DNA of 62,329 nt, counting the filler, from Stramenopiles sp. TOSAG23-2 (taxonomy: Eukaryota), in NCBI GenBank assembly GCA_900128395.1. It is 5 parts of 5 records of this genome, joined end to end, with 100 filler letters (N's around TTAATTAATTAA, not from the genome) between each part and the next. Parts side by side here need not be neighbours in the genome. Positions count along the whole stretch, not along the records: positions 1 to 12,409 come from LT649856.1; 4 more parts are not named here. One strand, 5' to 3'. Shown here piece after piece: positions 1-10,566 of this stretch (position 1 is the stretch's first letter; every line of letters begins with the position of its first letter). The position numbers and the translations under genes were made by a program. Under the pieces are notes generated by a model, which saw only the letters and a program-made list of their open reading frames with translations, did not search any database and was not told the origin of the DNA.

Positions 1-1
1 T

Positions 2-163
2 CGAAATATCTGTGCGATTCGTTTCGGTCGAATATGGGTGGGCTTCAATCGCAACGGCTTTGATATTGTCGCCATTCAGAGCTTTAACTAGAGCATTTTG
101 GACTGTATCATGAAGTGCATATTTCCCGCCCTTGGTACAGTTGTTGAGGCATCTGCCACCCCG
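2..163 (-). mobile_element. Fragment of a non-LTR retrotransposon restriction-like endonuclease (RLE) domain, CRE/R2-type; runs off the contig edge
   Basis: Manual minus-strand translation is open for 54 codons: RGGRCLNNCTKGGKYALHDTVQNALVKALNGDNIKAVAIEAHPYSTETNRTDIS. This matches the Zn-knuckle C..GG....[R]HD.V...L...E...R.D pattern of RLE domains. The segment is GC-richer than its flanks and abuts a (TA)n tract at 164-200. Confidence 0.55.
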
Positions 164-368
164 TATATATTATAATTAATATATATATATATATATATAT
201 GATGATTTATGAAGGAGTAGCTTTTTTACCTAACTTTAAATCACAGACAGAGGAAGACTCTTTTGAATACTCGTACACTATATACGAGACGTACAATTTA
301 CTTTCTCGTATAATAAATTTTACTCCCCGTATATGTGTTTTTCTCTTACTATATATCATAAAATATTT

Positions 369-2141
369 TTACTTCTCTCCTTGATTTGCACTTTTTGTTT
401 CAACAGTTGATAGGTCAACATCCAAAAATACTGGCTCAAGCCCAGTAGCACCTATATCAAATTTAATTTTATGCTTTCCAGTTGTTTCATTATAATCTTC
501 AATGAATCCTGCTCTCCAATTATCTTCTTTTCCCCAATGTACATATAAAAAAGTTTTGTTTAAACTTGCTCCTTTTTTCTTGACCTCTTCCTGTGCAGTT
601 TGTCGTGTTATATATGCCATTTGTTTTCTATATGTCATTTTAGATATTTCTGTTTCAGATAAAAGATTAGATGCTGGAACTTTCAGTTCAAATCGAGACT
701 TCCTTTTCGCTTGTTTTGATCTTTTCGCATTCATATCTGCAACTTTTGCACGGAGAAACTTTTGAATACGTTCGTTTTTTTTCTCACTTCTACTTTTTTT
801 ATTTAAACTTGATGAAGAAGCTACTGATGCTGGGGTAGAAGATACAATTTTTCTTTTCTTTTTTATAGTTGAAGATGAAAATTTTTTGCTCTTTCCTACT
901 GTTGCTGGAGACTTTTTAATAAGCTTTTTTTTCCTAATTACCAGTCGTGCGCTTAATGGAATACTGGCTGGAGAGTCAGTGGGAGATGTCCTTGGTGATG
1001 GAGCATCAAGTTCAAATGATTTAATCATATTGAATAACATAGATTCTTTACAAACCATACCTTCCAATGGAAAAGATGCACAGAAACACCGCAATTCACG
1101 ATCATTATCTTCTTCCTTTTTATTATTACCTTGTAATAAACTATATTCAAATCCATATGATTTCCATCTTGTACATATTTTATCATATAAATGATCATTG
1201 TTATTACACAGCGTTTTAAAATTCTTAGGAACCCTCTTATATTTGTAATTTTTATTATTGATTGTTTTTTTTTTTTTTGAAGAAGAAGAAGAAGCAGACT
1301 TTTTCTTACTAGAACCGCCTGGAATCAACGCGCACTTTTTCTTTTCTTGAATTGAACATGCCTTGTTATTATTCATTTTACCATTACTATTAGTAATATT
1401 GTTTTCTGCCCCAGGACTAGATAAGCTCCATTCTTGTCCTTGTGGTGGCTTGAATTGACGTTGATACTTTCCAGATCTTGATGGATTGAACCACATTTTT
1501 TTAACTTGATCAATAATGTGGCGATTTGATTTGTCATAATGTCGCTTATCTGTTTTACGATTTTCACGTATTGCATCCATCATTTTGATTTTTAACTGTT
1601 TTGTCAATAAAGTATTTTCACTTGCATACATGTGGGTAATGTTGGTATATTTCAAGTCTGCTGCAAATTTTTGCCATCCTTGCAAAGATACTTTTGCAGC
1701 TTCACCTATATTCATAGCCCATATATGCCCCTTCTTCAAAACTTCTGTTAAATGGGCAAGTTGTGCGTCTAACATACCATCAGGAAAATTCTGTATGTAT
1801 AAAACCTGTATTGTATAGGCTTTTCCAATCTTTGAAATTAGCTTATCCATGATCGAAGCTGGTAGTTCATCTGTCAAACCATAATCTTTCATGTGTAAAA
1901 TAGACATATCGTACCTGGTGTGATTATCCAATTCATGATATAGCCTTTTTAACGAATTTCCTTCGTTCTTAGTAATACTTCTACCGCTACGAGGAACTCT
2001 AATTTCACCACCCATTTCCAATATCAGCTTTTTTGATGCTGAGTCCATTTCCAAAAATTCAAAATCAATACTAGCTGTTGCATTCTTCAAAGTATTCTTA
2101 CTACCACGATGCTTATTTTGCCCTTTATCATTTTGCGGCAT
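369..2141 (-). CDS. Hypothetical nuclear protein: N-terminal RNI/LRR-like domain, Lys/Ser-rich linker, C-terminal Tudor-like domain
   Basis: 590-aa ORF. The C-terminus LYVHWGKEDNWRAGFIEDYNETTGKHKIKFD fits a Tudor-like pattern, and there are basic NLS-like runs. Confidence 0.7.
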   Translation of the reverse strand: MPQNDKGQNKHRGSKNTLKNATASIDFEFLEMDSASKKLILEMGGEIRVPRSGRSITKNEGNSLKRLYHELDNHTRYDMSILHMKDYGLTDELPASIMDKLISKIGKAYTIQVLYIQNFPDGMLDAQLAHLTEVLKKGHIWAMNIGEAAKVSLQGWQKFAADLKYTNITHMYASENTLLTKQLKIKMMDAIRENRKTDKRHYDKSNRHIIDQVKKMWFNPSRSGKYQRQFKPPQGQEWSLSSPGAENNITNSNGKMNNNKACSIQEKKKCALIPGGSSKKKSASSSSSKKKKTINNKNYKYKRVPKNFKTLCNNNDHLYDKICTRWKSYGFEYSLLQGNNKKEEDNDRELRCFCASFPLEGMVCKESMLFNMIKSFELDAPSPRTSPTDSPASIPLSARLVIRKKKLIKKSPATVGKSKKFSSSTIKKKRKIVSSTPASVASSSSLNKKSRSEKKNERIQKFLRAKVADMNAKRSKQAKRKSRFELKVPASNLLSETEISKMTYRKQMAYITRQTAQEEVKKKGASLNKTFLYVHWGKEDNWRAGFIEDYNETTGKHKIKFDIGATGLEPVFLDVDLSTVETKSANQGEK

Positions 2142-2812
2142 CTTGTTATTTCTTTTTCTTTCTCTCTCTTTTTTTATTTATACAGTTTTAAGTATTGTAT
2201 ATATCTCTAGTTGTGTGAAAACATTTTCTTTCTTCTTTCCTGTTTAGAAATAAATATAATAATATAATAATTCAGAGAGTTGTTTATATAACTAACAGGG
2301 GATGTATGATGTATGACATTATTATATTATATTATTAATTAAGGCTATCTATAGCACATCATCATTACTTATTAGTAGTACTATGACTTATTCATTTTTG
2401 TTGTTGTGTTTTTTGCAACTTTTTTGCTTTGCACCAACTTTGTTAGACTACATATAGTATAGTACAGGCACAATTCTACTTTTATTTTATTGACTTAAAT
2501 TATTATTGCAATCAAAGATAGTCAAAATAGCCTATATATTTTATGCTTAACACTACTATACTAAGGCCTATTACATGCTAAAACAATTATTATCCTAAGT
2601 CCTTTTTTTTTTTGAACTTTTTTTTTAACTTATCCGATACTGTAATAAATGCTAATAATATCCTAAATATCCAGATACTCGAATATAGATATATATAGAT
2701 ATATAGATATGATATATGATATATATATCGATACAACCAGAAGAATAGAAACAACGTTGTATAATAATAATAAGTACACCAATAATAATAATTATAAATA
2801 TTAATTTAAAAC

Positions 2813-4399
2813 ATGCATAAACGTAGTAGTCGTGGAAAACCTATGAATAGGATGCATTCATCGACGCGTGCTAGCGAAAAAATAAATAGGAAATGCTTTG
2901 CATTATGTATGGCTGTTATACCAATAGCTATTTTTTCAGCTTTATTGACGTTTGGTCCTTTTTTTGTATCGGAATGGATAAATAAAATGTCACGAAAATC
3001 ATCATCTAGTAGTGATGGGGGTAATAGCGTGCGAAGTTTAAATACACAAGGTGCAGCTCTTTCTGGTGGAATTTTTCATTCTTTTTTTAGTTCTTCACAG
3101 TCTGTACCTGAATATCATGCAAAAGCTTGGTCACATCCATTGAAGAATAAAAACTTTAAGATATATGTATATGACTTACCGGAAAAATTTAATACACAAG
3201 TATTACGTGAAAGTTGGAGATGTGGACATCACATGTTTGCTGCAGAAGTTGCATTTCATAAATATTTATTAGGAAGTGCACAACGTACTTTGGATCCAAC
3301 CAAAGCGAGCTTGTTTTACATACCTGTATACACAACTTGTAAATGTACAAGTTTTGCTGGCAACGGGCCGGATCCATGGTTTGGTAGAAATTTAATGACA
3401 GAAGTTATCAATCACGTATCGACAACATATCCATATTGGAATAAAAAACAAGGTCGTGACCATGTTGTTGCTGCAACACATGATTATGGCGCATGTTATG
3501 ATTATTTAAGACCCAATGCTAAAAAAATTGGAATGGTATCTGAATTAAAAAATGCTATTATTTTATCCACGTTAGGTGATCGAAATTTAAAAGAATGTTA
3601 TAATCCAAGAAATCACATTACCATTCCAACATTTCTACCAGTTGCTGCATTAGGTGGTAAACGTATGCGAGCAGATTGGACAAAAGCAGTAGGGGTAACT
3701 TTACCATTGAAAGAAGACGATCCACATTTTTTTGACGACAGTAAACGCGATCGACCTTGTTTCTTTTGGGGTGCATTAGAATGGACCGACGCTCGGGGTA
3801 ATGTTGATAATAGTTATAGTCATGGCATAAGGCAAGAATTACAAAGGCAATATAAAGATGATTCCTACTTTACATTAAAACATGTAACCCGTGATGGTGA
3901 TGGTAAGCTAGGGATCGTAGAATATGCAAAACATTTAAAACGAAGTGTATTTTGTTTAGCTCCCGCTGGTTTTGCACCATGGTCTGCCCGTATATACGAA
4001 GCTATACATTATGGATGCATACCAGTAATTATTGCTGATACTATAATTTTACCCTTCGATGATCAATTAAATTGGAAAGATTTTTCTATAAAAATATCTG
4101 AACATGATTTAAAAAAACCTGGAATGTTGAAAGAAACATTACAATCATTGACTGCATTCGATATAAAAAAGAAACAAAATGCGTTAAAGATTGCTAGGAA
4201 GGCTATAATGTATCAATTTCCTACCCAAAAAGCAAAAACAATTTCTCAAAGAAATTTTAATGGCTTTCAAACTTCTGAAATTGGTGGCGTCGCATTTGAT
4301 TATATTATGCGTGAATTACAAATTAAAGCGAATGCCAGAAATGTCGTAAAAGAAAGTGTAAAAATACGCCAGGAAGCAAGATTAAATAATTGGCTTTAA
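2813..4399 (+). CDS. Exostosin-family (GT47) glycosyltransferase, IRX10/IRX7-like, type II membrane protein
   Basis: N-terminal TM helix. Motifs KIYVYDLP, RCGHHMFAAEVAFH, RTLDP...FYIPVYTTC, YWN...G.DH....HDYGAC, SVFCLAPAGFAPWSARIYEAI..GCIPVIIAD...LPF. Confidence 0.93.
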   Translation: MHKRSSRGKPMNRMHSSTRASEKINRKCFALCMAVIPIAIFSALLTFGPFFVSEWINKMSRKSSSSSDGGNSVRSLNTQGAALSGGIFHSFFSSSQSVPEYHAKAWSHPLKNKNFKIYVYDLPEKFNTQVLRESWRCGHHMFAAEVAFHKYLLGSAQRTLDPTKASLFYIPVYTTCKCTSFAGNGPDPWFGRNLMTEVINHVSTTYPYWNKKQGRDHVVAATHDYGACYDYLRPNAKKIGMVSELKNAIILSTLGDRNLKECYNPRNHITIPTFLPVAALGGKRMRADWTKAVGVTLPLKEDDPHFFDDSKRDRPCFFWGALEWTDARGNVDNSYSHGIRQELQRQYKDDSYFTLKHVTRDGDGKLGIVEYAKHLKRSVFCLAPAGFAPWSARIYEAIHYGCIPVIIADTIILPFDDQLNWKDFSIKISEHDLKKPGMLKETLQSLTAFDIKKKQNALKIARKAIMYQFPTQKAKTISQRNFNGFQTSEIGGVAFDYIMRELQIKANARNVVKESVKIRQEARLNNWL

Positions 4400-4717
4400 A
4401 ATAAAATGATGGATAAAATTTAAAACGTACACGCGTACGAAAGTAAATATACGAGCTTAATATATATAATATTTTACGTATGATATATACGTGTAACTAA
4501 AAATTATTATAACTTGTACGCTTCGTAGATTTTAACCATCAATATATTAACTTTTACGAACGTAGATTTTATTTTAAAAAAAATATAAAATATTTTTTAA
4601 TTTGTATCATATCATATCATACGCATTTAATTTATATATATATTATTATGATATTTACTTCGTATCTTCTCTCTGTTCGTATATTACGCGAGTATAAAAT
4701 ATATAATTTTCTCTTTT

Positions 4718-7700
4718 TTAAATCATACCCCCTTCTATACGTATTCTCTCAGCTTCCGCCCTAGCTGCTGCAGCTTCTTCTGATCTTTTTTGACCAATTT
4801 CATGCAGCTTTGCAGCAACTTCAGCTTTATCAATCTCTGATTGTAATAATCTAGCTTTTCTATTTTGTTCATTTTGTTTCCTCTTTGCTGCTTCTTTTTT
4901 TCGACGATCAGCAGTTCGAGCTCTATAAGCAACTTGTTGTGAGGCAAAAATAGTAGTTTTCATAGAACCATCTTCATCGCCTAATACTTCATCCATTGGA
5001 CGAGCATGTTTATCTATACCTAACAATTGTGCTATTGCATCATCTGATATGACATCTTTAGATTCTTCTTTCATTCGTGGCATAGCACGTGATACTGGCC
5101 TTGAGGACGCTTTTGATGTTGGCCTTGAGCCAGCTAGTGAGGCAGATCTACTTGGTAATTCATCGTCAGGTAAATTGGCATATTTCATTAAACGACTCAA
5201 ACGATTATCTTGACGACTTTTTTCTTCTCTTGTTTGCTGTTCTTCCCGCGCTTCCTTATGTAACCTAGCTGACACCATGCGATCAGGATTCCATAGATTG
5301 ATATGTGGCCCTGTTACACTTTGATGCAATAATTTTAACAAGCGAGTATTACGAGTAGCTATTGGTCTTGATTTTACGGAACGAACAGATCCACGTGAAG
5401 TTCTAGATCTTGCAATGGAATTTATAGATGTGGTTCTGAGCCTTGGTCTTCTTCTTAGTGCAGGATTTTCATCTAATATACGAACTGGGGAATTCTCATA
5501 TAGATCCTCAAAATAACTTTCTAAACGTGTTAACTTATCATCTTCATACGATAAATATTTATTATCATTGTTTAAATCTACATCTTGATGAATAAGACGC
5601 ACTTGCATGGAAAATTTTTCACCACCTTTAATGTTGCCATCTTCATATTCAACGGTATCGCCATTGCGAAAGGCTCTTGATTTTTTTAATTGCTGCCGCG
5701 CCATATGAAAAGTCGCTTCTATTTTTTGCTGCTCCTTATTTTGACCTTTTGGGCGTTGTCCACCTGAAATTAGACGTATTTTAAAGACACCTCGGCGATC
5801 TACTTCTAATTCCTTATCGACACTATCTTGCGCCTTTTTTTTACTAAGCATTTTCTTAAATTTTGTATTTTTATCTGGGGATAAAGCAGAATCTTCATTT
5901 GTTCCTGGTAATTGTCGCACAATGATTTGCTCACGATTTGTTTTAGATGGATTGCCGGATATGTAAAACCAATCCCGTTCTAAATAAATTTCTGTCCCGT
6001 TAATCAGTTCTTTACTTTCATAACCCTCTATACCATCTAAATGCGATTTACTCGGCCCTTCCAATAGACCTTCTATAACGGTACGAGCAGCATAGGAAGC
6101 TTTAGAGCGCCTGATTGATTCTTGGTTGGCTATTTCAACAGGTAGCATGAACCAACGGCCTAATGTCATTGCAGCTGCATTTTTCTCTTTATACAACTTT
6201 TCATAAATTAAATCTTTTTTGGAATACCAACCATTTTGATTTTCCTTCGTTATCGGTCCTTGAAGCCAAAGCTCTTTACCACTTCCTTTCCCCTCGGTTG
6301 ATTGTACTACACATGGCAATGGAACAGGAGTCCCAACGTTAATAGTTTCTGTTTTTGGATTTCGAATTTTTGAAGAAGATTCCAAGCCAATTGTTGCTAA
6401 TTGTGGAGCTTTCATGATTCTTGCTGCTATGCAGCTACCTTGTCTCCATGCCGATGCTGGGGTAGGGGTTCCTTTTGCTCGACCTCCACCATTACCAGAA
6501 CATACGGCAAACCACACTGGGTCACCATATTTGATTGGCTCTTGATTACCTGGATTTCGCATATCATACAATGTAAAAAGCATACGACCATTTTGCTCAT
6601 CGGGTCCAGGATGTGTTGCTTTTTGTCGAATACCATATTTTTCAATATGGGGCCAATGATGAGCTTTAATGATACCGGTGTCCTCCATTACGGTTAAATA
6701 CTTCCCATCACTCATTTGAAGGGCAACTACACTCCCGTAAAATACAGTCGCATTTAAAATAGAAGTGAATTCTGGTAATACAACTTTTTTCTTTGGCCGT
6801 ATTTGCATTTTAGGTGCGTTTTCATCGTTTTTATTTTTATCATTATTATTATTGTTAGATTGTTGTTGATCTTGTCCACCATCAGGCAAAGATCCTGTGC
6901 TAGCTTCTAGGTCTATCATATTTTTCTTTTGCTTATCTACTTGTTTCAATGCTGTTGTCGGCGACAATCCGTTTGGTACTCTAATAATAGTCGTATTATT
7001 TTCATTTAGTGTACTTTTTGGAATTGCACCAAAATAAGATTTTCGGCGCTCTGGAGGTTTCTCTACTTTATCAGGTGTCGGATCATATTCTGATTCACCT
7101 TTACCATCTAATCCAACTAATCGTTGTGTATATCTTTTTTTCCTCATTTTTTTCCTTCTCTTATTTGCTATTTCTGGTGGAACACTTGCGAGTTCATCTT
7201 CCGTATATTTTTTCACTTTTTTACCACCACTAGACACCATTTCATCACCTTGCATTTCTCTTCTACCAACCATTCGAGGCAATTGTTTAATAGCAGCATC
7301 GTTGACTCGAAACATACTCATTCTTCTACCTAGTTTATGTGTACGACGTTCGACGGAACCATGTTTATCTTCTATTTTTTTTTGTTTTGCTAATTGTGCT
7401 TCTATATCCACTTGATCCCCGGAAACTGGTCTAACTTGATATTGCGCTTCTCTACTCTGTGGTTTTCCTTCACTATTTTTTCTCGCAGCAGCTTTTCTTT
7501 CTGCTTTTAATCCAGCTAAATTCATGACAGCAGAACTTGTACGATTTTTAGTACGACTGCTGTTACTTCCACGACTATTATTATTATCACCCCTACGACT
7601 ACTACCAACGCTAGCATAACTATTTTTACGGGTACGTATCTCACTATTGTTATAACCATCTCCTTGTTCGGTATTATACACCTCATCTTCATATTGTTCT

Positions 7701-8062
7701 TCATCATCAGAGAAATTAGAAAAATCTTCATCTGATGAACTCTCCCCTTTTAGTTCTCGTCTTTTTTTAACGCTACCACGATCTCCATCAGCTTTTATTG
7801 GCGTTAAATCTGTTGGTAACGACGATACCCTACGTAAACGTTGTCCTCTTTGGACATATGTGCGTCTATTCTCAGCATTTTTTATATGTCGCCATAAATC
7901 ATTTACACGACCAAACGATCGTGGATGTCTACCACGTTCTATTGCAGCATGGTATCGTTCCGTTATTTGTCGTCTTTGCTCTACTGCTTTATCTCTTACA
8001 TCAAGTTCTTCTGTATCTTGTGCATCATTTAAAAATGCAGCAAAACCACCGCTAAAAGACAT
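4718..8062 (-). CDS. Large hypothetical protein (charged/disordered termini, central globular region)
   Basis: Uninterrupted 1114-aa ORF with coding-like composition; no family confidently recognised. Confidence 0.8.
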   Translation of the reverse strand: MSFSGGFAAFLNDAQDTEELDVRDKAVEQRRQITERYHAAIERGRHPRSFGRVNDLWRHIKNAENRRTYVQRGQRLRRVSSLPTDLTPIKADGDRGSVKKRRELKGESSSDEDFSNFSDDEEQYEDEVYNTEQGDGYNNSEIRTRKNSYASVGSSRRGDNNNSRGSNSSRTKNRTSSAVMNLAGLKAERKAAARKNSEGKPQSREAQYQVRPVSGDQVDIEAQLAKQKKIEDKHGSVERRTHKLGRRMSMFRVNDAAIKQLPRMVGRREMQGDEMVSSGGKKVKKYTEDELASVPPEIANKRRKKMRKKRYTQRLVGLDGKGESEYDPTPDKVEKPPERRKSYFGAIPKSTLNENNTTIIRVPNGLSPTTALKQVDKQKKNMIDLEASTGSLPDGGQDQQQSNNNNNDKNKNDENAPKMQIRPKKKVVLPEFTSILNATVFYGSVVALQMSDGKYLTVMEDTGIIKAHHWPHIEKYGIRQKATHPGPDEQNGRMLFTLYDMRNPGNQEPIKYGDPVWFAVCSGNGGGRAKGTPTPASAWRQGSCIAARIMKAPQLATIGLESSSKIRNPKTETINVGTPVPLPCVVQSTEGKGSGKELWLQGPITKENQNGWYSKKDLIYEKLYKEKNAAAMTLGRWFMLPVEIANQESIRRSKASYAARTVIEGLLEGPSKSHLDGIEGYESKELINGTEIYLERDWFYISGNPSKTNREQIIVRQLPGTNEDSALSPDKNTKFKKMLSKKKAQDSVDKELEVDRRGVFKIRLISGGQRPKGQNKEQQKIEATFHMARQQLKKSRAFRNGDTVEYEDGNIKGGEKFSMQVRLIHQDVDLNNDNKYLSYEDDKLTRLESYFEDLYENSPVRILDENPALRRRPRLRTTSINSIARSRTSRGSVRSVKSRPIATRNTRLLKLLHQSVTGPHINLWNPDRMVSARLHKEAREEQQTREEKSRQDNRLSRLMKYANLPDDELPSRSASLAGSRPTSKASSRPVSRAMPRMKEESKDVISDDAIAQLLGIDKHARPMDEVLGDEDGSMKTTIFASQQVAYRARTADRRKKEAAKRKQNEQNRKARLLQSEIDKAEVAAKLHEIGQKRSEEAAAARAEAERIRIEGGMI

Positions 8063-8468
8063 TGTTATATTAATATATATTATTAATATCTAATATATGT
8101 ATAGGTATGGAAAATTATTTTACAAAAACAAATACTTTAAACTACTATATTTTAAACGAATCAATAACAAATCCCCAGTTCTTCTTATCATTTTTTTCTT
8201 CAATTTATTTAATCTATGTACATTATCCTTCCGTAACATATATGCCATCGATATATTTGTTTTTGTCTTTACCTGTATTTTCTCAACCGTAATTTATTTA
8301 TTATTATTTATTATAATATTAAGGTATTAATCATTTGTTAATTACAATTTCAACGACAATGTGGATATTATTAATAAGTTCTCATATACAGGGTTCATAT
8401 TTTTCTAAATTTATTACTACCAGAGTATATATTTTTATAATGCCTCCTCTCACATCCTCTTTTACTCA

Positions 8469-9911
8469 TCATGCTTTCTTAAATAAACCCATTTGAACGA
8501 TGATAAAGGTAATGACACTGCCAGACAATGCACCAGCTTGATTCGATAAACCTGCCCAAGAGGATAATATTTTACTATCAGAAACAGATTGAAATACTTC
8601 CGTGACTATGAATCCATGAACGAATGACAATAGAAACATTAACAAAAATGATATTGGCAATTGTACAATTGGTTCTGAATCAAAACGTTGCAAAGAGCAA
8701 ATAACAATTAAATAAATAAATAAAGCTGTTTGGATGGTATTCAATACAGCAAAATTGCGATACGACCAAACTGATGTCAATATTCTACCACCAATGCTAC
8801 CCGTTAGAAAGAAAAATGTCATCCAAAACGATGCCCCTGTTTTTTTCAAGGAGGATGGTATCAAATATGGTAAAATAGATGGTACGCCAAACTCAGTTAA
8901 ACATGATATGTAAATTGCTATGAATGGAGATGGCCGTGACATAATATTTTCTTTAAATCCTTTAATAACGGGATTTACCAATGCATCGAATATACTTTTA
9001 AAACATGATCGATTTGATACCACTAATTTATCATAATTGTCATTCCAAGCTGCTGTACTTGCATTGCTACTACTTCTACGCATTAATAAATTTAATTCAT
9101 CATCAGCATCATCTTCAAATCTAATAATTTCATCTGGATCATCTTCTTCTAATAAACTACTTTTTAACATGGAATTATTAGTGTTACTATTGATGGAACG
9201 CAATTTTGTTTTTGCAGTAAAGTAGCCTATGAGACTAAAGAAAATGACAATTGACAAGCAAATAAAATATATTGATGGTGGATAACGAACTGGTGGCTTA
9301 TTTGCGCCTTGTGCTATTCCTAATGACAAACCAATTAAACCAGTTGCACCTATCCCAGTGCTTAACGCCGTAATTGCTGTGCTACCATATTGACTTGAAA
9401 AAGCAAAATAGCACATCATTGAAGTGCTACCCCCAACACCACTAAAAAAGCAACCAATCAAGAACAATATGCTTGAATTATTAACGATTTTGTTGTATGT
9501 AAATGCTAGAAAAAGTGCAGTAAAAATATCGAATAAAATAACAAATGCCACAATCCCATTAATATTTTTATCCAAAAATTTTGAGAAATAAACAACCAAA
9601 ATAAATGGTACAATATTGCCCATTTCAATAGCCAAATCACTAGCTGCAAATATTTTCTTACCTTCTGGAGCTGTTTTGGCTAATACATTGCACTCTGTAA
9701 AAATTCCAGTAACCAACAACCAGCTCGAAATACCTATTAAAAAAAACGAAATGAGTGTTGGGATTTTTTTTTTAAACGAAGAACTTCTTCCATTACCGCC
9801 TTCTAATAAAGGATTTCCTGAATAATTATTTTTATCCAACGGATCAAACGGAGACGTTGGATCTAAAAACGATGTTTTTGATGGGGATGATGATGATGAT
9901 GTAATTGACAT
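8469..9911 (-). CDS. SLC52 (riboflavin transporter)-like multi-pass membrane protein
   Basis: About 11 hydrophobic helices. IGISSWLLVTGIFTE....K.APEG resembles the SLC52A N-terminal G..SW..VNG...E....V..LPEGW motif. There is a large central loop. Confidence 0.75.
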   Translation of the reverse strand: MSITSSSSSPSKTSFLDPTSPFDPLDKNNYSGNPLLEGGNGRSSSFKKKIPTLISFFLIGISSWLLVTGIFTECNVLAKTAPEGKKIFAASDLAIEMGNIVPFILVVYFSKFLDKNINGIVAFVILFDIFTALFLAFTYNKIVNNSSILFLIGCFFSGVGGSTSMMCYFAFSSQYGSTAITALSTGIGATGLIGLSLGIAQGANKPPVRYPPSIYFICLSIVIFFSLIGYFTAKTKLRSINSNTNNSMLKSSLLEEDDPDEIIRFEDDADDELNLLMRRSSSNASTAAWNDNYDKLVVSNRSCFKSIFDALVNPVIKGFKENIMSRPSPFIAIYISCLTEFGVPSILPYLIPSSLKKTGASFWMTFFFLTGSIGGRILTSVWSYRNFAVLNTIQTALFIYLIVICSLQRFDSEPIVQLPISFLLMFLLSFVHGFIVTEVFQSVSDSKILSSWAGLSNQAGALSGSVITFIIVQMGLFKKA

Positions 9912-10566
9912 AGTTTATTGTTCTTATATATATATTAATCTCTCTCTCTTTCTCGTATTACATATATTAGATTTATATGCAGATATTGTCTCTGTATATA
10001 TATATATATATGTACATTATTATTTCTTACACGTATATATATTATATTATACATCACAGTACTAATACTGTGGTGTGCCTATATGCCTGGATATTATTAT
10101 AAATCGAATACAAAACGGGGTTCTTTTTAAGTGGTTCTTATACTTGGTACTATTCCCACCCCTCAAAAAATATTGTAGCCCTTATTCCTATGCTATAATG
10201 ACACACAGGCAGGTGGTATTACACAGTACTCTGTAGGTGATAAGATATTTACTATACACACACTATTAGCTATTAGCTGATTAGATAGGCAGGATTATTA
10301 TTATTTTACTATTATCAGATTACATTACAAGTAGCACATTATTACTATATACCTGGTACGTATTATTATTAATAATAATTACCCAAAAAAAAACCAAAAT
10401 TATTAATTATTATTATTATTATAGATTAAAAGATTGATGTATTAAATATAGATAAGTTGAAATATAAGATAGATAGGAGTATGAATGATATATATATATA
10501 TATATATATATTGTGATTCGTAATTTCTATATTATTGTGTTATATATATTTTGAGGAGTATAAAAA

